Source: an uncultured delta proteobacterium
GTDB lineage: Bacteria; Desulfobacterota; Desulfobacteria; Desulfobacterales; B30-G6
DNA length: 64,000 nucleotides
Assembly (NCBI GenBank): GCA_963823335.1
Contig: CAWGLD010000004.1
Coordinates: forward strand, 224,001 to 288,000
Direction of reading: 5' to 3'
The notes under the pieces were generated by a model. That model was given only the letters and a program-made list of their open reading frames with translations, searched no databases and was not told the DNA's origin. Made by a program: the position numbers and the translations under genes. Of this stretch, positions 31,214-41,927 are shown piece by piece (the stretch's first letter is position 1; the number at the start of each line of letters is the position of its first letter).

Positions 31214-32887
31214 ATGGATATCTGGTTTTTTATCATGGAACTGGTAATGCTGCTGGGCAGCGCCTTTCTCCTGGGCGCCCTGGCCCAGCGCTTGGGACAG
31301 AGTCCCATACTGGGGTATCTTCTGGCAGGCACCCTTGTCGGTCCCCTGCTCTTTAACACCGCAACGGTCAGCCAGGCTTCCGAACTGGGGGTCGCCCTGC
31401 TGCTGTTTTCCATCGGCCTGGAGTTCAGTTTCAAACAATTAATGAAAATGGGGCGCATGGCATTCGGCGGGGGTACGCTACAGGTAGTGGCAACCATGCT
31501 GGTGGTGACCCTGGTCATGTTTTCCCTGGTGGGTCTGCCCCGTGCTCTCACCTTGGGGGCCATTCTGGCGTTGAGTTCCACCACCATTGTGCTTCGGATA
31601 CTGGTGGACCGAATGGAAATCGATTCGGTCAAAGGCCGGACATGCCTGGCCATTCTTCTGCTCCAGGATATAGCCATCGTGCCCCTGGTGCTGATGGTCA
31701 GCTTCTTTACACCTGCTGCGGCGGAAATGAATCTGGGTCTGCACATCCTCAAGGTGATCCTGTCGGTCTTCGGGCTGGCGGGCGCTTTCTATCTGCTGCT
31801 GTATCATCTGGCCCCCAGATTGCTGAGTGAGGCCAGACTTTTTGCTAATCGGGAATTAACCGTTCTGCTGAGTATTGCGGTGGGTTTGGGCGCTGCCTGG
31901 ACAGCCCACAAGCTGCATATTTCACCGGCTCTGGGCGCCTTTGTGGCCGGCATGCTTCTGGGAGAATCCCCCTTTGCCACTCAGATCCGGGCCGACATCG
32001 GCTCCATGCGCATTATCATGGTCACCCTGTTTTTTGCCTCTGTAGGCATGCAGGCCAAGCCCATGTGGTTTCTGACGCACCTGCCCTGGGTACTTCTTGT
32101 TTCCATTCTCGTTCTGATGCTGAAAACCGGAATTATTTATGGTGTGACCCGTCTGTTCGGTCTCGACAACCGCCAGGCACTGGCAACGGGTATCACCCTG
32201 AGTCAGGTGGGTGAGTTTTCCTTTGTACTGGCAGCCACTGCCGCCAGCGGCGGTTTGCTGACAACCGATACTGTGGACCTGCTGGTATCGGTTATCATTG
32301 TGTTGATGCTGGTCACCCCTTACCTGATTGGCCATGCCGGCACTCTGACAGAGCGGCTTCTGGCACTGATTTCCCACCGTAAACCATTGACGGCAGATCT
32401 TTCTTTATCCACACAGTCGGTTCCGCTCAATCAGGTGCTGGTGATTGGTGCTGGGCCTGCCGGGCGACAGGTTGTGCAGACACTCATTGCGCACCGGCTG
32501 GAACCTGTACTTGTCGATGTAAATCCCGAGAGCCGTGATTATGCCCGTCAACAGGGTCTTCGGTTATATCTTGGAGATGCAGGTCACGAAGAAGTATTGG
32601 TGCACGCCGGTCTGGCTGATGTGTGCATGGTGGTGGTGACGGTTCCCGACCCTCATACTGCAGCACAGATCGTGGCCATGATTCGGCGGCTGCGGCCCCA
32701 GATCTCTATTGCTGCCCGTTGCCGGTACAACCGGCACATGGAAAATCTTCATAAAGCCGGCGCCGACATCGTTGTAGACGAAGAGATCACAATGGGTGAC
32801 AAGTTGAGTCGGCAGATCGTAGAACATCTCAGTGATGAATCGGGCGTTCTGGTAGCTTGCCGTCTGAGCGGACATATGCCGGAATAA
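31214..32887 (+). CDS. CPA2 cation:proton antiporter with TrkA-N domain (Kef-like)
   Basis: GYLLAG, LFSIGLE, LLLQD, LGAFVAG, LSQVGEFSFV; C-terminal VIGAGPAG...GDA. Confidence 0.9.
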   Translation: MDIWFFIMELVMLLGSAFLLGALAQRLGQSPILGYLLAGTLVGPLLFNTATVSQASELGVALLLFSIGLEFSFKQLMKMGRMAFGGGTLQVVATMLVVTLVMFSLVGLPRALTLGAILALSSTTIVLRILVDRMEIDSVKGRTCLAILLLQDIAIVPLVLMVSFFTPAAAEMNLGLHILKVILSVFGLAGAFYLLLYHLAPRLLSEARLFANRELTVLLSIAVGLGAAWTAHKLHISPALGAFVAGMLLGESPFATQIRADIGSMRIIMVTLFFASVGMQAKPMWFLTHLPWVLLVSILVLMLKTGIIYGVTRLFGLDNRQALATGITLSQVGEFSFVLAATAASGGLLTTDTVDLLVSVIIVLMLVTPYLIGHAGTLTERLLALISHRKPLTADLSLSTQSVPLNQVLVIGAGPAGRQVVQTLIAHRLEPVLVDVNPESRDYARQQGLRLYLGDAGHEEVLVHAGLADVCMVVVTVPDPHTAAQIVAMIRRLRPQISIAARCRYNRHMENLHKAGADIVVDEEITMGDKLSRQIVEHLSDESGVLVACRLSGHMPE

Positions 32888-32926
32888 AATTGCCACAGCA
32901 ATTTTATCAAACGCGACGTTGTCGCT
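32884..32926. repeat. Double-hairpin repeat family B, copy 1
   Basis: ATAAAATTGC-caca-GCAATTTTAT-CaaAC-GCGAC-gtt-GTCGC-T. Confidence 0.8.
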
Positions 32927-33052
32927 CCTGGCAGAAGGCTATACCGACATATAGTTTGGGAGGCATTTTCGCTTGTTTGGTAACGGACAAGTAGTTCTAT
33001 TCCTAATTTGATTATGACCCGTTCTGCAGTGAAGGGGAAAGAAGCAAATTTC

Positions 33053-33760
33053 ATGGTTGAAAAGGACAGTATCTTTTTAACGGCAGAACAGGCTGTCGAG
33101 GCCGTGTGCCTTGATTTTCGGCAGTACGATCCGCAGGTTCCCCTTTTCAGCGAAATTATCAGCGTATTATCAAAAGGGAACATCATTACCAGGCGCGAAA
33201 GGGGTAAGAACGGCATCTGGATCCGCACAACAAGTGACCGGAAAATGCGCTGTCTGGAAGGACCTCAACTGATAGACATCATGTGTGACATTCTCTCTAA
33301 AAGCAGACCAGACTCCATTGTACTGGCTGCCGTATGCGCCCGGGTGTTCCAGACACGCGCATACCCGGACAAAGATCCCACAACAGGCAAGTCCGGTGTT
33401 CGTGTATTGACAGGCATGGAGGAATTTACCTGTCGTCAATGCGGCAAGTGCTGTCAAAAACTTGATTATCACAATGAGGTCACCGACGACGATGTTGCTG
33501 CCTGGGTGCAGACAGGCAGAAGCGAGATTCTGGACTGGGTGGGCGTTTTTCATAAAGACGGCCATGAGACAGTCTACCGGATCTGGGTGAAACCAGGCAC
33601 CAGAACCTATGCTGAAGCATGCCCTTTTTTACAGAAAAAATCCCATGAAAACGTATGGATATGCCGCATCCACGATGTTAAACCACGAATCTGTCATGAA
33701 TATCCAGTGAGCCGAAAGCACGCCATCATGACCGGGTGTCCGGGGTTTAAACCTCAATAG
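33053..33760 (+). CDS. YkgJ family cysteine-cluster protein
   Basis: CRQCGKCC, CPFL, CRIHDVKPRICHEYP. Confidence 0.85.
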   Translation: MVEKDSIFLTAEQAVEAVCLDFRQYDPQVPLFSEIISVLSKGNIITRRERGKNGIWIRTTSDRKMRCLEGPQLIDIMCDILSKSRPDSIVLAAVCARVFQTRAYPDKDPTTGKSGVRVLTGMEEFTCRQCGKCCQKLDYHNEVTDDDVAAWVQTGRSEILDWVGVFHKDGHETVYRIWVKPGTRTYAEACPFLQKKSHENVWICRIHDVKPRICHEYPVSRKHAIMTGCPGFKPQ

Positions 33761-33965
33761 ATCACAATCACCATTTTCTTCCGACAATCTTTGTTTATTT
33801 TCGAAATTTCTACCTTGATGTTCTAAATATCGGCACTATGTTTTATGGAAATTTGAAGAACCGCACAGCTCCGATTAACCGGATTTCCTCTTTGTTCCGG
33901 CTATCCACGGGAATTTATAGACTGTTGTGGCTCAGTAACCATGTAAAACAATGAAAGGCGGTACT

Positions 33966-34262
33966 ATGAAAAAAATACATTGGGTCATGTTCATCATGAT
34001 ATTGTCGGCGCTTGCAATAGGCTGTACAAAAGACAAACGCTATCACACGTCGGCACTGCCTGAGCCGGCATCCTTTAATGCACATTTCGGGGATATGGAC
34101 ACGGATGGTGATGAACTGGTGAACTGGGAAGAATTCAAATCCTACTTTCCCCAGGCCACACCCGATATTTTTAAAACATTGGATGGGAATGAGGACGGTC
34201 AGATAGATCATGACGAGTGGCATGATTTTAAAGAGGCCCACGGGATGAGAGATCACAACTGA
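33966..34262 (+). CDS. EF-hand lipoprotein
   Basis: Lipobox LAIGC; DTDGDELVNWEE and DGNEDGQIDHDE loops. Confidence 0.8.
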   Translation: MKKIHWVMFIMILSALAIGCTKDKRYHTSALPEPASFNAHFGDMDTDGDELVNWEEFKSYFPQATPDIFKTLDGNEDGQIDHDEWHDFKEAHGMRDHN

Positions 34263-34677
34263 TAGCCTATCTGCATTGCCATAGCTTTCAATCACGCCGC
34301 TCTTCGCGAACAGCCGCGGTGAGCGGCGTATTGAACCGCATCATCGAGCTCAGTTCCCTTTCTTCGATCTCCTGCATGAAACATAACGGCAGCGCTACAG
34401 AAACTGGTTCAATTTTCCTATTATCGACAGTATTTGTTTGATGAGTAATTGTAGCGTGTTCGTGCGGATTCATTGGAAAAATCATGTTCAATCCGTTTGA
34501 ACAAAGATCTCAGGGTGACAAGTATTGGTATTCGTCCAGCGGAATTTTATCATACCCCGACCTTGATCGAACCCAAATAGTTCTTAGTATTGATCTATGG
34601 TAAATTTCTGTCACAATGTAGCAATTGAATACATCGACGACGTCACTGCGTGATCAATACAGAAAAGGAGACGACAC

Positions 34678-35967
34678 ATGAACGAAGCATATAAATTTGA
34701 AACCCTGTGCCTGCATTCCGGTCTGGGACCCGACCCGGCCACCAATGCCCGGGCAATTCCCATACATAGAACCTCCTCTTATGTGTTCAACAGTACCGAA
34801 CACGCCGCCAACCTGTTTTCCCTCAAAGAACTCGGCAACATCTACACCCGTATCATGAATCCGACTCAAGACCAGTTGGAAAAAACCGTCTCAGCCCTTG
34901 AAGGCGGCGCCGCTGCATTGGCTTTGTCTTCGGGAACGTCCGCCATATACTACGCCATCATCAATATCTGTTCATCAGGAGATGAGATTGTTTCGGCCAA
35001 CAATCTGTATGGCGGCACCTACACCATGTTTGACAGTATTTTGCCCCAATTCGGTATCCATACCCGATTCGTGGACCCACGCGACCCGCAGAATTTTGAA
35101 CCGGCCATCAACGAGCACACACGGGCGATATTCATTGAAACCATCGGTAACCCCGTCCTCGATTTCATTGATATCGAAGCCGTAGCGACGATTGCCGGAC
35201 GCCACAATCTGCCGCTGATTGTCGATGCCACCTTTACAACACCCTACTTGTTCAGGAGTATTGAACACGGGGCCGACATTGTCGTCAATTCACTGACAAA
35301 ATGGATGGGCGGTCATGGTACAGGAATCGGCGGCATCGTCGTGGACGCAGGAAAATTCAACTGGCAGGACCCCAAGTTTAACCTCTACAATGAACCCGAC
35401 ACCAGTTATCACGACATTCGATTCGCCCATGACCTCGGAGACCTCAACCCCCTGGCATTTATCATGCGTATGCGGCTGGTGCCCTTACGCAATCTGGGCG
35501 CCTGTATTTCCCCGGATAATGCATGGTTGTTTCTGCAGGGATTGGAAACCCTGCCCCTGCGTATGGAACGGCATTCAGAGAATGCCATGCAGGTTGCCTC
35601 GTATTTAAAGAAACACCCCAGTGTGACCTGGGTTCGTTATCCAGGACTGAAAGATGATCCCACCCATGCTACGGCGGGAAAATATCTCAAAAAGGGGTTC
35701 GGCGGTATGGTCGTTTTCGGTATCAAAGGTGGATTCGATGCCGGGCATACCTTCGTGGACAACCTGAAGCTGTTTTCGCATCTTGCCAATGTTGGGGACG
35801 CCAAGAGTCTCGTGGTGCACCCTTCCAGCACGACCCATTCGCAATTGTCTCAGGAGAGTCAAAAGGCCAGTGGTCTGACACCGGATCTCATTCGTCTCTC
35901 CATCGGCATTGAACATATCGACGATATCATTGCAGATCTTGAACAGGCTTTTGAAAAAATATCATGA
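34678..35967 (+). CDS. metY: O-acetylhomoserine aminocarboxypropyltransferase (sulfhydrylase)
   Basis: GNIYTRIMNPT, NSLTKWMGGHG (PLP Lys), HLANVGDAKSL. Confidence 0.92.
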   Translation: MNEAYKFETLCLHSGLGPDPATNARAIPIHRTSSYVFNSTEHAANLFSLKELGNIYTRIMNPTQDQLEKTVSALEGGAAALALSSGTSAIYYAIINICSSGDEIVSANNLYGGTYTMFDSILPQFGIHTRFVDPRDPQNFEPAINEHTRAIFIETIGNPVLDFIDIEAVATIAGRHNLPLIVDATFTTPYLFRSIEHGADIVVNSLTKWMGGHGTGIGGIVVDAGKFNWQDPKFNLYNEPDTSYHDIRFAHDLGDLNPLAFIMRMRLVPLRNLGACISPDNAWLFLQGLETLPLRMERHSENAMQVASYLKKHPSVTWVRYPGLKDDPTHATAGKYLKKGFGGMVVFGIKGGFDAGHTFVDNLKLFSHLANVGDAKSLVVHPSSTTHSQLSQESQKASGLTPDLIRLSIGIEHIDDIIADLEQAFEKIS

Positions 35968-37133
35968 GCGAATATATCGAAAATGACAGGCAGGGTCTCT
36001 CTGCCGGCATCGTCGAAAAGAAATTTCACATCACGGCGGAGCCTCCCCACGAGATGTTGCTGGAATGCGGTGCCAGGCTGGGCCCCATAACGATTGCCTA
36101 CGAAACCTGCGGCAAATTGAATTCCCATAAGAGCAATGCCGTGCTGATACTGCATGCCCTGTCCGGCGATTCTCATGTGGCAGGCTACTACACGGATAAA
36201 GATGAAAAACCCGGATGGTGGGACAGCATGGTGGGGCCGGGAAAAGGCATAGACACCGACAAGTACTTTGTGATCTGTTCCAATATTATCGGAAGTTGTA
36301 TGGGTTCCAGCGGCCCGAACACGACGAACCCCAAGACGGCCAATCCTTATGGACTGGAATTTCCTGTGGTGACTATCGGGGATATGGTCAGAGCCCAGAA
36401 ATCTCTCATGGATACCCTGGGAATAAAAAAACTCCTGGCCGTGGTAGGCGGCTCTGTAGGCGGCATGCAAGTACTGGAATGGTGTGTTCGGTACCCGGAA
36501 ATGGTGGCCTCGGCCATCCCCCTGGCCACCACCACCAAGCATTCTGCGCTTGCCATCGCCTTCAACGAGATCGCCAGACAGGCGATTATGACCGATCCGA
36601 ATTGGAACGACGGCGACTATTATTCCGGCTCCCGACCCGAAACCGGGCTGGCAGTGGCCCGCATGATCGGCCACGTCACCTACCTGTCGGACCAGTCCAT
36701 GCGGTTGAAGTTTGGCCGCCGACTGCAGAATAAAAATGACTTTTCATTCAATTTTGATCCTGAATTCCAGGTCGAGAGTTATCTTCGTCATCAGGGAAAG
36801 CGCTTTGTGGAACGCTTTGATGCCAATGCCTTTTTGTATATTACCAAAGCGGCCGACTATTTTGATCTGGCAGAGCAGCACGGCAATGGCTCCATGGTGG
36901 AAGCATTCTCAAAAACAAATGCCCGTTTCCTGGTTGTTTCTTTTACCTCCGACTGGCTCTATCCAACCTATCAATCCCGTGAGATGGTTAAAGCCATAAA
37001 GAAAACCGGTCAGGATGTCAGTTTTTGTGAAATAGAGGCCAAATGGGGGCATGATGCCTTTTTGATACCCAATCCGCGTTTATCGAACATTTTAGGAGGA
37101 TTCTTGCATCGTGTCTACAATGAAACCACCTGA
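35964..37133 (+). CDS. metX: Homoserine O-acetyltransferase
   Basis: HALSGD, PGWWD.MVGPGK, GGSVGGM, SDWLYP, WGHDAFL. Confidence 0.93.
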   Translation: MSEYIENDRQGLSAGIVEKKFHITAEPPHEMLLECGARLGPITIAYETCGKLNSHKSNAVLILHALSGDSHVAGYYTDKDEKPGWWDSMVGPGKGIDTDKYFVICSNIIGSCMGSSGPNTTNPKTANPYGLEFPVVTIGDMVRAQKSLMDTLGIKKLLAVVGGSVGGMQVLEWCVRYPEMVASAIPLATTTKHSALAIAFNEIARQAIMTDPNWNDGDYYSGSRPETGLAVARMIGHVTYLSDQSMRLKFGRRLQNKNDFSFNFDPEFQVESYLRHQGKRFVERFDANAFLYITKAADYFDLAEQHGNGSMVEAFSKTNARFLVVSFTSDWLYPTYQSREMVKAIKKTGQDVSFCEIEAKWGHDAFLIPNPRLSNILGGFLHRVYNETT

Positions 37134-37737
37134 TAATCCCTTGCGGTTTGACCTTCATTTGATCGCCTCCTGGATAAAGGAGGGCGCCCGGGTTCTGGAC
37201 CTGGGCTGCGGTGAAGGAAGCCTTCTGGAACACCTGGCCCGGCACAAAAAGGTGATCGGTTCCGGAATAGAGAGAAACGAAAGCAGGGTCGCCACATGTA
37301 TCCAAAAAGGATTGACCGTGCTGCAGGGCGATATCAACGAGGAAGTCGAGGACTATCCCGACAACAGCTTTGATTACGTCATTTTGAGTCAGACCCTGCA
37401 GCAGGTGTATGCACCGGATGACTTGATTCGATCCATGCTGCGTATCGGTAAAAGGGGAATAGTAAGTTTTCCTAATTTCAGCCACTGGCGGGTGAGACTT
37501 CAACTTCTGACAACCGGCCATGCACCAGTAACCCGGCAACTCCCCTACCAGTGGTATGACACCCCCAACATAAGGGTGATCACGCTAAGTGATTTCAGAC
37601 GGTTTGCACGCGAAGTTGGTTATCGCATTCTCAAAGAAGTCGCCATTGAAACTCAGACACCCGACAGACAGGGAAACATTGTCCGGGCATTCCCGGACAT
37701 CAGGGCCACCTATGGTATCTTCCTGATAAGCAGTTGA
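37120..37737 (+). CDS. metW: Methionine biosynthesis protein MetW
   Basis: VLDLGCG, SQTLQ, IVSFPNF.HW, LPYQWYDTPNI. Confidence 0.92.
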   Translation: MKPPDNPLRFDLHLIASWIKEGARVLDLGCGEGSLLEHLARHKKVIGSGIERNESRVATCIQKGLTVLQGDINEEVEDYPDNSFDYVILSQTLQQVYAPDDLIRSMLRIGKRGIVSFPNFSHWRVRLQLLTTGHAPVTRQLPYQWYDTPNIRVITLSDFRRFAREVGYRILKEVAIETQTPDRQGNIVRAFPDIRATYGIFLISS

Positions 37738-37800
37738 ACCCGCTGTTGCCTTGATAATCCGGCCCTCACAACATCCCATGGGCATAAAATGAGTACGATG

Positions 37801-39234
37801 TTATCCGTCCATGAACGATTCAAGCGTGGCCATCCCGATGTTGCAGGCTGATATCGGATTCCACTGGCACTGGGCACTTATTTCGACACCTTCCTGAATA
37901 ACAGAAATGGGGCGGTCCGATGATACAACCACCACGAGAATATTTTGATTTTCATAGGTGAAGCGCAGAGCGGAATTATACCGGGCTCCCCTTGCCCGGT
38001 CTTCCCCGGGAATGGATCGTCCATCCAGCAGACATGCAAAGGCATGCAGCATCAAATCCTGTCCGATGTGCAGTGCCCCATCCACCTTGGCCAGCGATCG
38101 GGCCAGTTCAAGATGGTGGTCTTCCCTGAGATCCAGGGCAGGCAACAGTTTTTGACCGGATATTTTTTTGATTTTTTTGTTTAAATCGATGATCAGGGTG
38201 CAGCCGAATTTTCTACTCTCCGCATGATGTACAATGCTGCAAATGATTTTATAAAGTCGATTGCCAATCTCAGAATCGAGAGACGTTTCCAACAAGGCTT
38301 CTTCCACCTGTACCAGCTTTGCCTGGTGGGTGGTTGATTTGTATACGCCGTCAGAAAAACTGCAGACCGCTTCACCATTTAGCCGGATAAAACCATGACG
38401 CCCCCTAAAATCTGCAACGATACAGAAATCCTTGATGATTTCGTTGGATATACCGATAATAGTCGATCCTTGGGAAACGAGATTTCTTTCTGACTGTTCC
38501 ACCGCCTGAAGCAGCTTGCGGACATGTTTGAAATGTTCGATATTCGGCTGCTCCATTTCAGGAAAACGGGCAACAAAATGCATACGGGAAAGAGCGGATG
38601 GATCGATAAAAATGAGCTGCCCCCGGGGCCAGGCACCTTCCTCTCTTGTGTTGAAGATGCCCAGGATTGCGTCGAGTATGGGATAGACACGCAGTTGGGT
38701 GTCCCAGCCCAGCTTCAGATTCATTTCATCGACAATAAAGTCCCGAACGGCGTGTGTGGCATATTCCCGTAAAAACGTCCCGGAAATACCGGTATAAAGA
38801 CTCTTCTCGTTGGCGATGTCGTGGGAAAATCGCCAGGCAGCATGTTCCAGCCATCTTTCAGAGGGACCTACCGCGCACATGTCTGGATGATGTTCGCTGA
38901 ACCACATCTGATAAAACACCGAACTCGAGCGGCCACCATAGGAAATGATGCCGGCTAGCTGCAAATTTTTTTCAGGCAGTATGTGGAAGGATCTGTTTTT
39001 CAAAAAGGGCCTGAGTGGTCGATTTCGCCAATCCTGCGTGTCAATAAAAAGCTCTTTGAGTCTGGGTTCGTGGCCCTTCAGAAGGTTTTGCGGGTCATAT
39101 ATACAAACAGGGGAATCAGGCTCGATAACGTATATGACGGCTACCCGGCTGGGACCGGAAAAATGAGACAACCCGTCCCGCAAGCCATCGACTGTGTCGG
39201 CAATGCAATTGCAGATAAACATTTCGTCCAGCAT
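37801..39234 (-). CDS. DisA_N (diadenylate cyclase-like) domain protein with N-terminal sensor region
   Basis: KVDGALHI, LLDG, RARGARYNSA, VVVSSD at C-terminus. Confidence 0.8.
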   Translation of the reverse strand: MLDEMFICNCIADTVDGLRDGLSHFSGPSRVAVIYVIEPDSPVCIYDPQNLLKGHEPRLKELFIDTQDWRNRPLRPFLKNRSFHILPEKNLQLAGIISYGGRSSSVFYQMWFSEHHPDMCAVGPSERWLEHAAWRFSHDIANEKSLYTGISGTFLREYATHAVRDFIVDEMNLKLGWDTQLRVYPILDAILGIFNTREEGAWPRGQLIFIDPSALSRMHFVARFPEMEQPNIEHFKHVRKLLQAVEQSERNLVSQGSTIIGISNEIIKDFCIVADFRGRHGFIRLNGEAVCSFSDGVYKSTTHQAKLVQVEEALLETSLDSEIGNRLYKIICSIVHHAESRKFGCTLIIDLNKKIKKISGQKLLPALDLREDHHLELARSLAKVDGALHIGQDLMLHAFACLLDGRSIPGEDRARGARYNSALRFTYENQNILVVVVSSDRPISVIQEGVEISAQCQWNPISACNIGMATLESFMDG

Positions 39235-39254
39235 TCAATACTCCAATCTAATAG

Positions 39255-40391
39255 CTTTGGGGACGATGGTGATATATTGACTTTTGTTACCTAAAGATGC
39301 CCTTCAGTATCCTTACAATCATTCATCTTTAAAAGATCCCTCCAAATCAAATCACTTCGATTATCACTGCGCCCCCTCGTCCGTGCTTTACTTACTGCAG
39401 ACGGTGAAATACCGATCCGCTCAGCGACTTGTCTACCATTTTTGCCCAATTTATCAACCGCCAGCCAGCATATAATGGCTCTTGCCCGGCTCAGTTTACG
39501 CTGTTTTCCATTACCCTTGATAAATTCCATCGGGATATCAAAATGTTCACCGACTTTTCTAATTACAAGCTCCAGTGTCAATCCCTTTGCTTTTGCAAGT
39601 GTTTGATAGGCATAGTTCTCGTCAACTATTGCTAAAACGGATTCAACAAAATCACTGCTCCCAAGAATTCGTTCGTCACCCATCAAACGTTGGGTTTTGG
39701 ATCGAAGAGATTTTAGGGCAGCCCATCCCCCAAGCGAACGAACCAAGCCACCCCCTGTCAATTCAGGTCTTCGGCCCGATTCAACACCTTTAGCCACAAA
39801 CACGGCGTATGATCTTCGCGCAAAATAAGCTTCAGAGGCAAACATTGATAGAACCGAATTCACATCTTGCCATGTATTTTTCAACTTGCCCATAACGACA
39901 CCATGGCCGCAGTATGGATGCGATTTCAATCCTTCAAGATCCTTTACGATTCCTCCACGCAATGGATTGAGATGGATATAACGAACCAGCTCAAGAAAAT
40001 ACAGATCATATTCGCACAAAATCGATTTAAACCTATTTTGAAAAAGGGGACCATGCCGATGATGACGTCTATTGAACTGCTGCGCATAACCGGTTAACAG
40101 CCGTCGCATGACGGTGGACAGTGGGACATCACCGGTCCTGGTCAGCATATGAAAATGATTGGGCATTAGCGCCCAGGCAAAACAAGGGGTATGCGTGTCG
40201 GTCAGAACAGTTTCCAACCGAACTAACATATTGGAATAATCGTTGAACTCTCTAAAAATGGCTTTACGTTCGATACCGCGAACGACGATATGATGCAGCG
40301 CTCCGGGGGCATCTATGCGAGCTTTACGAGGCATAGGCTATATATAGTATACTTCCCTATAAATGTCAATATTTCACCATCGTCCCCAAAG
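39255..40391. mobile_element. Y1/RAYT-type element bounded by 27-bp inverted repeats
   Basis: ctttggggacgatggtgatatattgac (39255-39281) and gtcaatatttcaccatcgtccccaaag (40365-40391), 1 mismatch. Confidence 0.85.
39291..40334 (-). CDS. HUH Y1 tyrosine transposase (REP-associated type) with C-terminal DnaA_C-like HTH
   Basis: MPRKARID.PGALHH.VVRGIER, LMPNHFH (HUH), YIHLNP. Confidence 0.9.
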   Translation of the reverse strand: MPRKARIDAPGALHHIVVRGIERKAIFREFNDYSNMLVRLETVLTDTHTPCFAWALMPNHFHMLTRTGDVPLSTVMRRLLTGYAQQFNRRHHRHGPLFQNRFKSILCEYDLYFLELVRYIHLNPLRGGIVKDLEGLKSHPYCGHGVVMGKLKNTWQDVNSVLSMFASEAYFARRSYAVFVAKGVESGRRPELTGGGLVRSLGGWAALKSLRSKTQRLMGDERILGSSDFVESVLAIVDENYAYQTLAKAKGLTLELVIRKVGEHFDIPMEFIKGNGKQRKLSRARAIICWLAVDKLGKNGRQVAERIGISPSAVSKARTRGRSDNRSDLIWRDLLKMNDCKDTEGHL

Positions 40392-40395
40392 TTTT

Positions 40396-40677
40396 TTATT
40401 TGGTGGCCAGGCGATCAAATATGTCAACTTTCACTGCCGGGCATGTATGGAATGATATGCCGGTCAACTGGCTCAATGTTATAGAAGCTTTCATTGCCGT
40501 CTCGACATCCGGGAGTTTGACACAGAAAAGAAGATCATATTTCCCCAGCAATGCATAAACGCCATTGGTTTCTCCACCAAGTTCTTGGATTGTGTCGATG
40601 GCCTGTTCTGTTCTTTTGATGCTGATATTCTTGATGGCATCGGATGAATATTTGCCAAACATAAAAAATGTCGCCAT
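40396..40677 (-). CDS. GYD domain protein
   Basis: LGG....YALLGKYDLL; 93 aa. Confidence 0.8.
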   Translation of the reverse strand: MATFFMFGKYSSDAIKNISIKRTEQAIDTIQELGGETNGVYALLGKYDLLFCVKLPDVETAMKASITLSQLTGISFHTCPAVKVDIFDRLATK

Positions 40678-40853
40678 GTGCTTTCTCCTTTCTTTTGCCC
40701 GTGGGCCGGAATATCAATAAGCCGGGTTACAATTCTGAAGGGAACAACAAGACCGCACTCAAGACAGTTACGATCATCATGAAGCAAAACGCATTACGAT
40801 AGGAAACCTACCAAGTTTTCAAGAACAGGATACATAAGGGGTCGATCCTTCCG

Positions 40854-41357
40854 TTACCAACCGAACATCAGATCCTCACCCATATTTCTGGCAACATGAT
40901 CTTGAAACTGATGGAAACGAAACCCCACCACTTTGATCATATAGGACATAAAGAGAAACCCCATGTAGGAATCCTGACTGAACAGCTGCAAAAGATCCGA
41001 TTTGAGTACCCGTACGATCTTACAGGTGTTTGTGACACAGTAAGCAGAGAGTCTCATTTTATACGGTGGCACAAAGCATGACCACCCCAGGATCTTGGCT
41101 TCCGGTGCCTTTTCCTCGACGATAACGCCGTCGACAGTCATATCCGAAGATGTCGGACGCCTATCCGGCAATTCAAAACGAAGATCCACACTGCCCTCTC
41201 TGACGATCCAGAGATGCAACGCGTCATCGTTCTGGGTAAATAGCGTATCTCCTTTTTGGAACACGATTTCTTCACAATTGGCCTGGAGCTTCCTCAAATG
41301 TTCCTCATTCATGTCTTGGAAAGGCTTCAGTTGCTGCAACACTTGAATTTCTATCAT
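40854..41357 (-). CDS. Cyclic nucleotide-binding domain protein
   Basis: FQKGDTLF.Q.D.A..L.IV.EG.V, ILGWS..VPPY. Confidence 0.8.
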   Translation of the reverse strand: MIEIQVLQQLKPFQDMNEEHLRKLQANCEEIVFQKGDTLFTQNDDALHLWIVREGSVDLRFELPDRRPTSSDMTVDGVIVEEKAPEAKILGWSCFVPPYKMRLSAYCVTNTCKIVRVLKSDLLQLFSQDSYMGFLFMSYMIKVVGFRFHQFQDHVARNMGEDLMFGW

Positions 41358-41927
41358 GATACACCCCCTGTTATGAGATGCTGGGCCGTGGGCCTGGTTC
41401 GATACATTTATTCTGGAACCTGGACGCTATATGGAACGGAATTAAAATAGTTTAGATATGATTTCAGGTGTCGATTTCAATGCCTTGCAGGTGAAATTGA
41501 ATTCAGAGACGTGAATAGATGAGAAATCGACAATCCAAACATGGTAGTAATATGAATAGCAAGCACTATAATTCGAGATACTTAAATAATAATGAAATGA
41601 TCACTAAATGTCAAATAATAATAAATTGCACGAATTGATGGGACCCATTAAAAAAGGCAGCATCATTCCTGACCTGCCTTTTTCCATCAGTCCGTTAGGT
41701 TTTAGTTTTATGGTGGTATAGCCAGGAATACTGCTTAAAAAAAACAACCTCTCACAACCCCTGTCGAAAATCCGCGTGGTATGCATGCTGCGGTGGATAT
41801 GCTCGTGATCATGCTTCAAACGCCACTAGTGAAGCGTTATAAAGCGACTGTAAATTATTCCGTTTATCAAAATATACACTCCGAAGATAACAACAGCATA
41901 GCCATAGTAAAGTTGAGGCTTTATGCT

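Noticed and set aside
34495-34677. SAM riboswitch upstream of metY
   Set aside because: No SAM-I core (ATC..GAG...GAGGGA...GGCCC) or terminator architecture recognisable by eye; an Rfam scan would be decisive.
35859-36674. 271-aa minus-strand ORF (and similar 281-aa ORF at 16463-17308, 272-aa ORF at 41781-42599)
   Set aside because: Antisense shadows of well-supported genes (metX, FAD oxidoreductase, multicopper oxidase).
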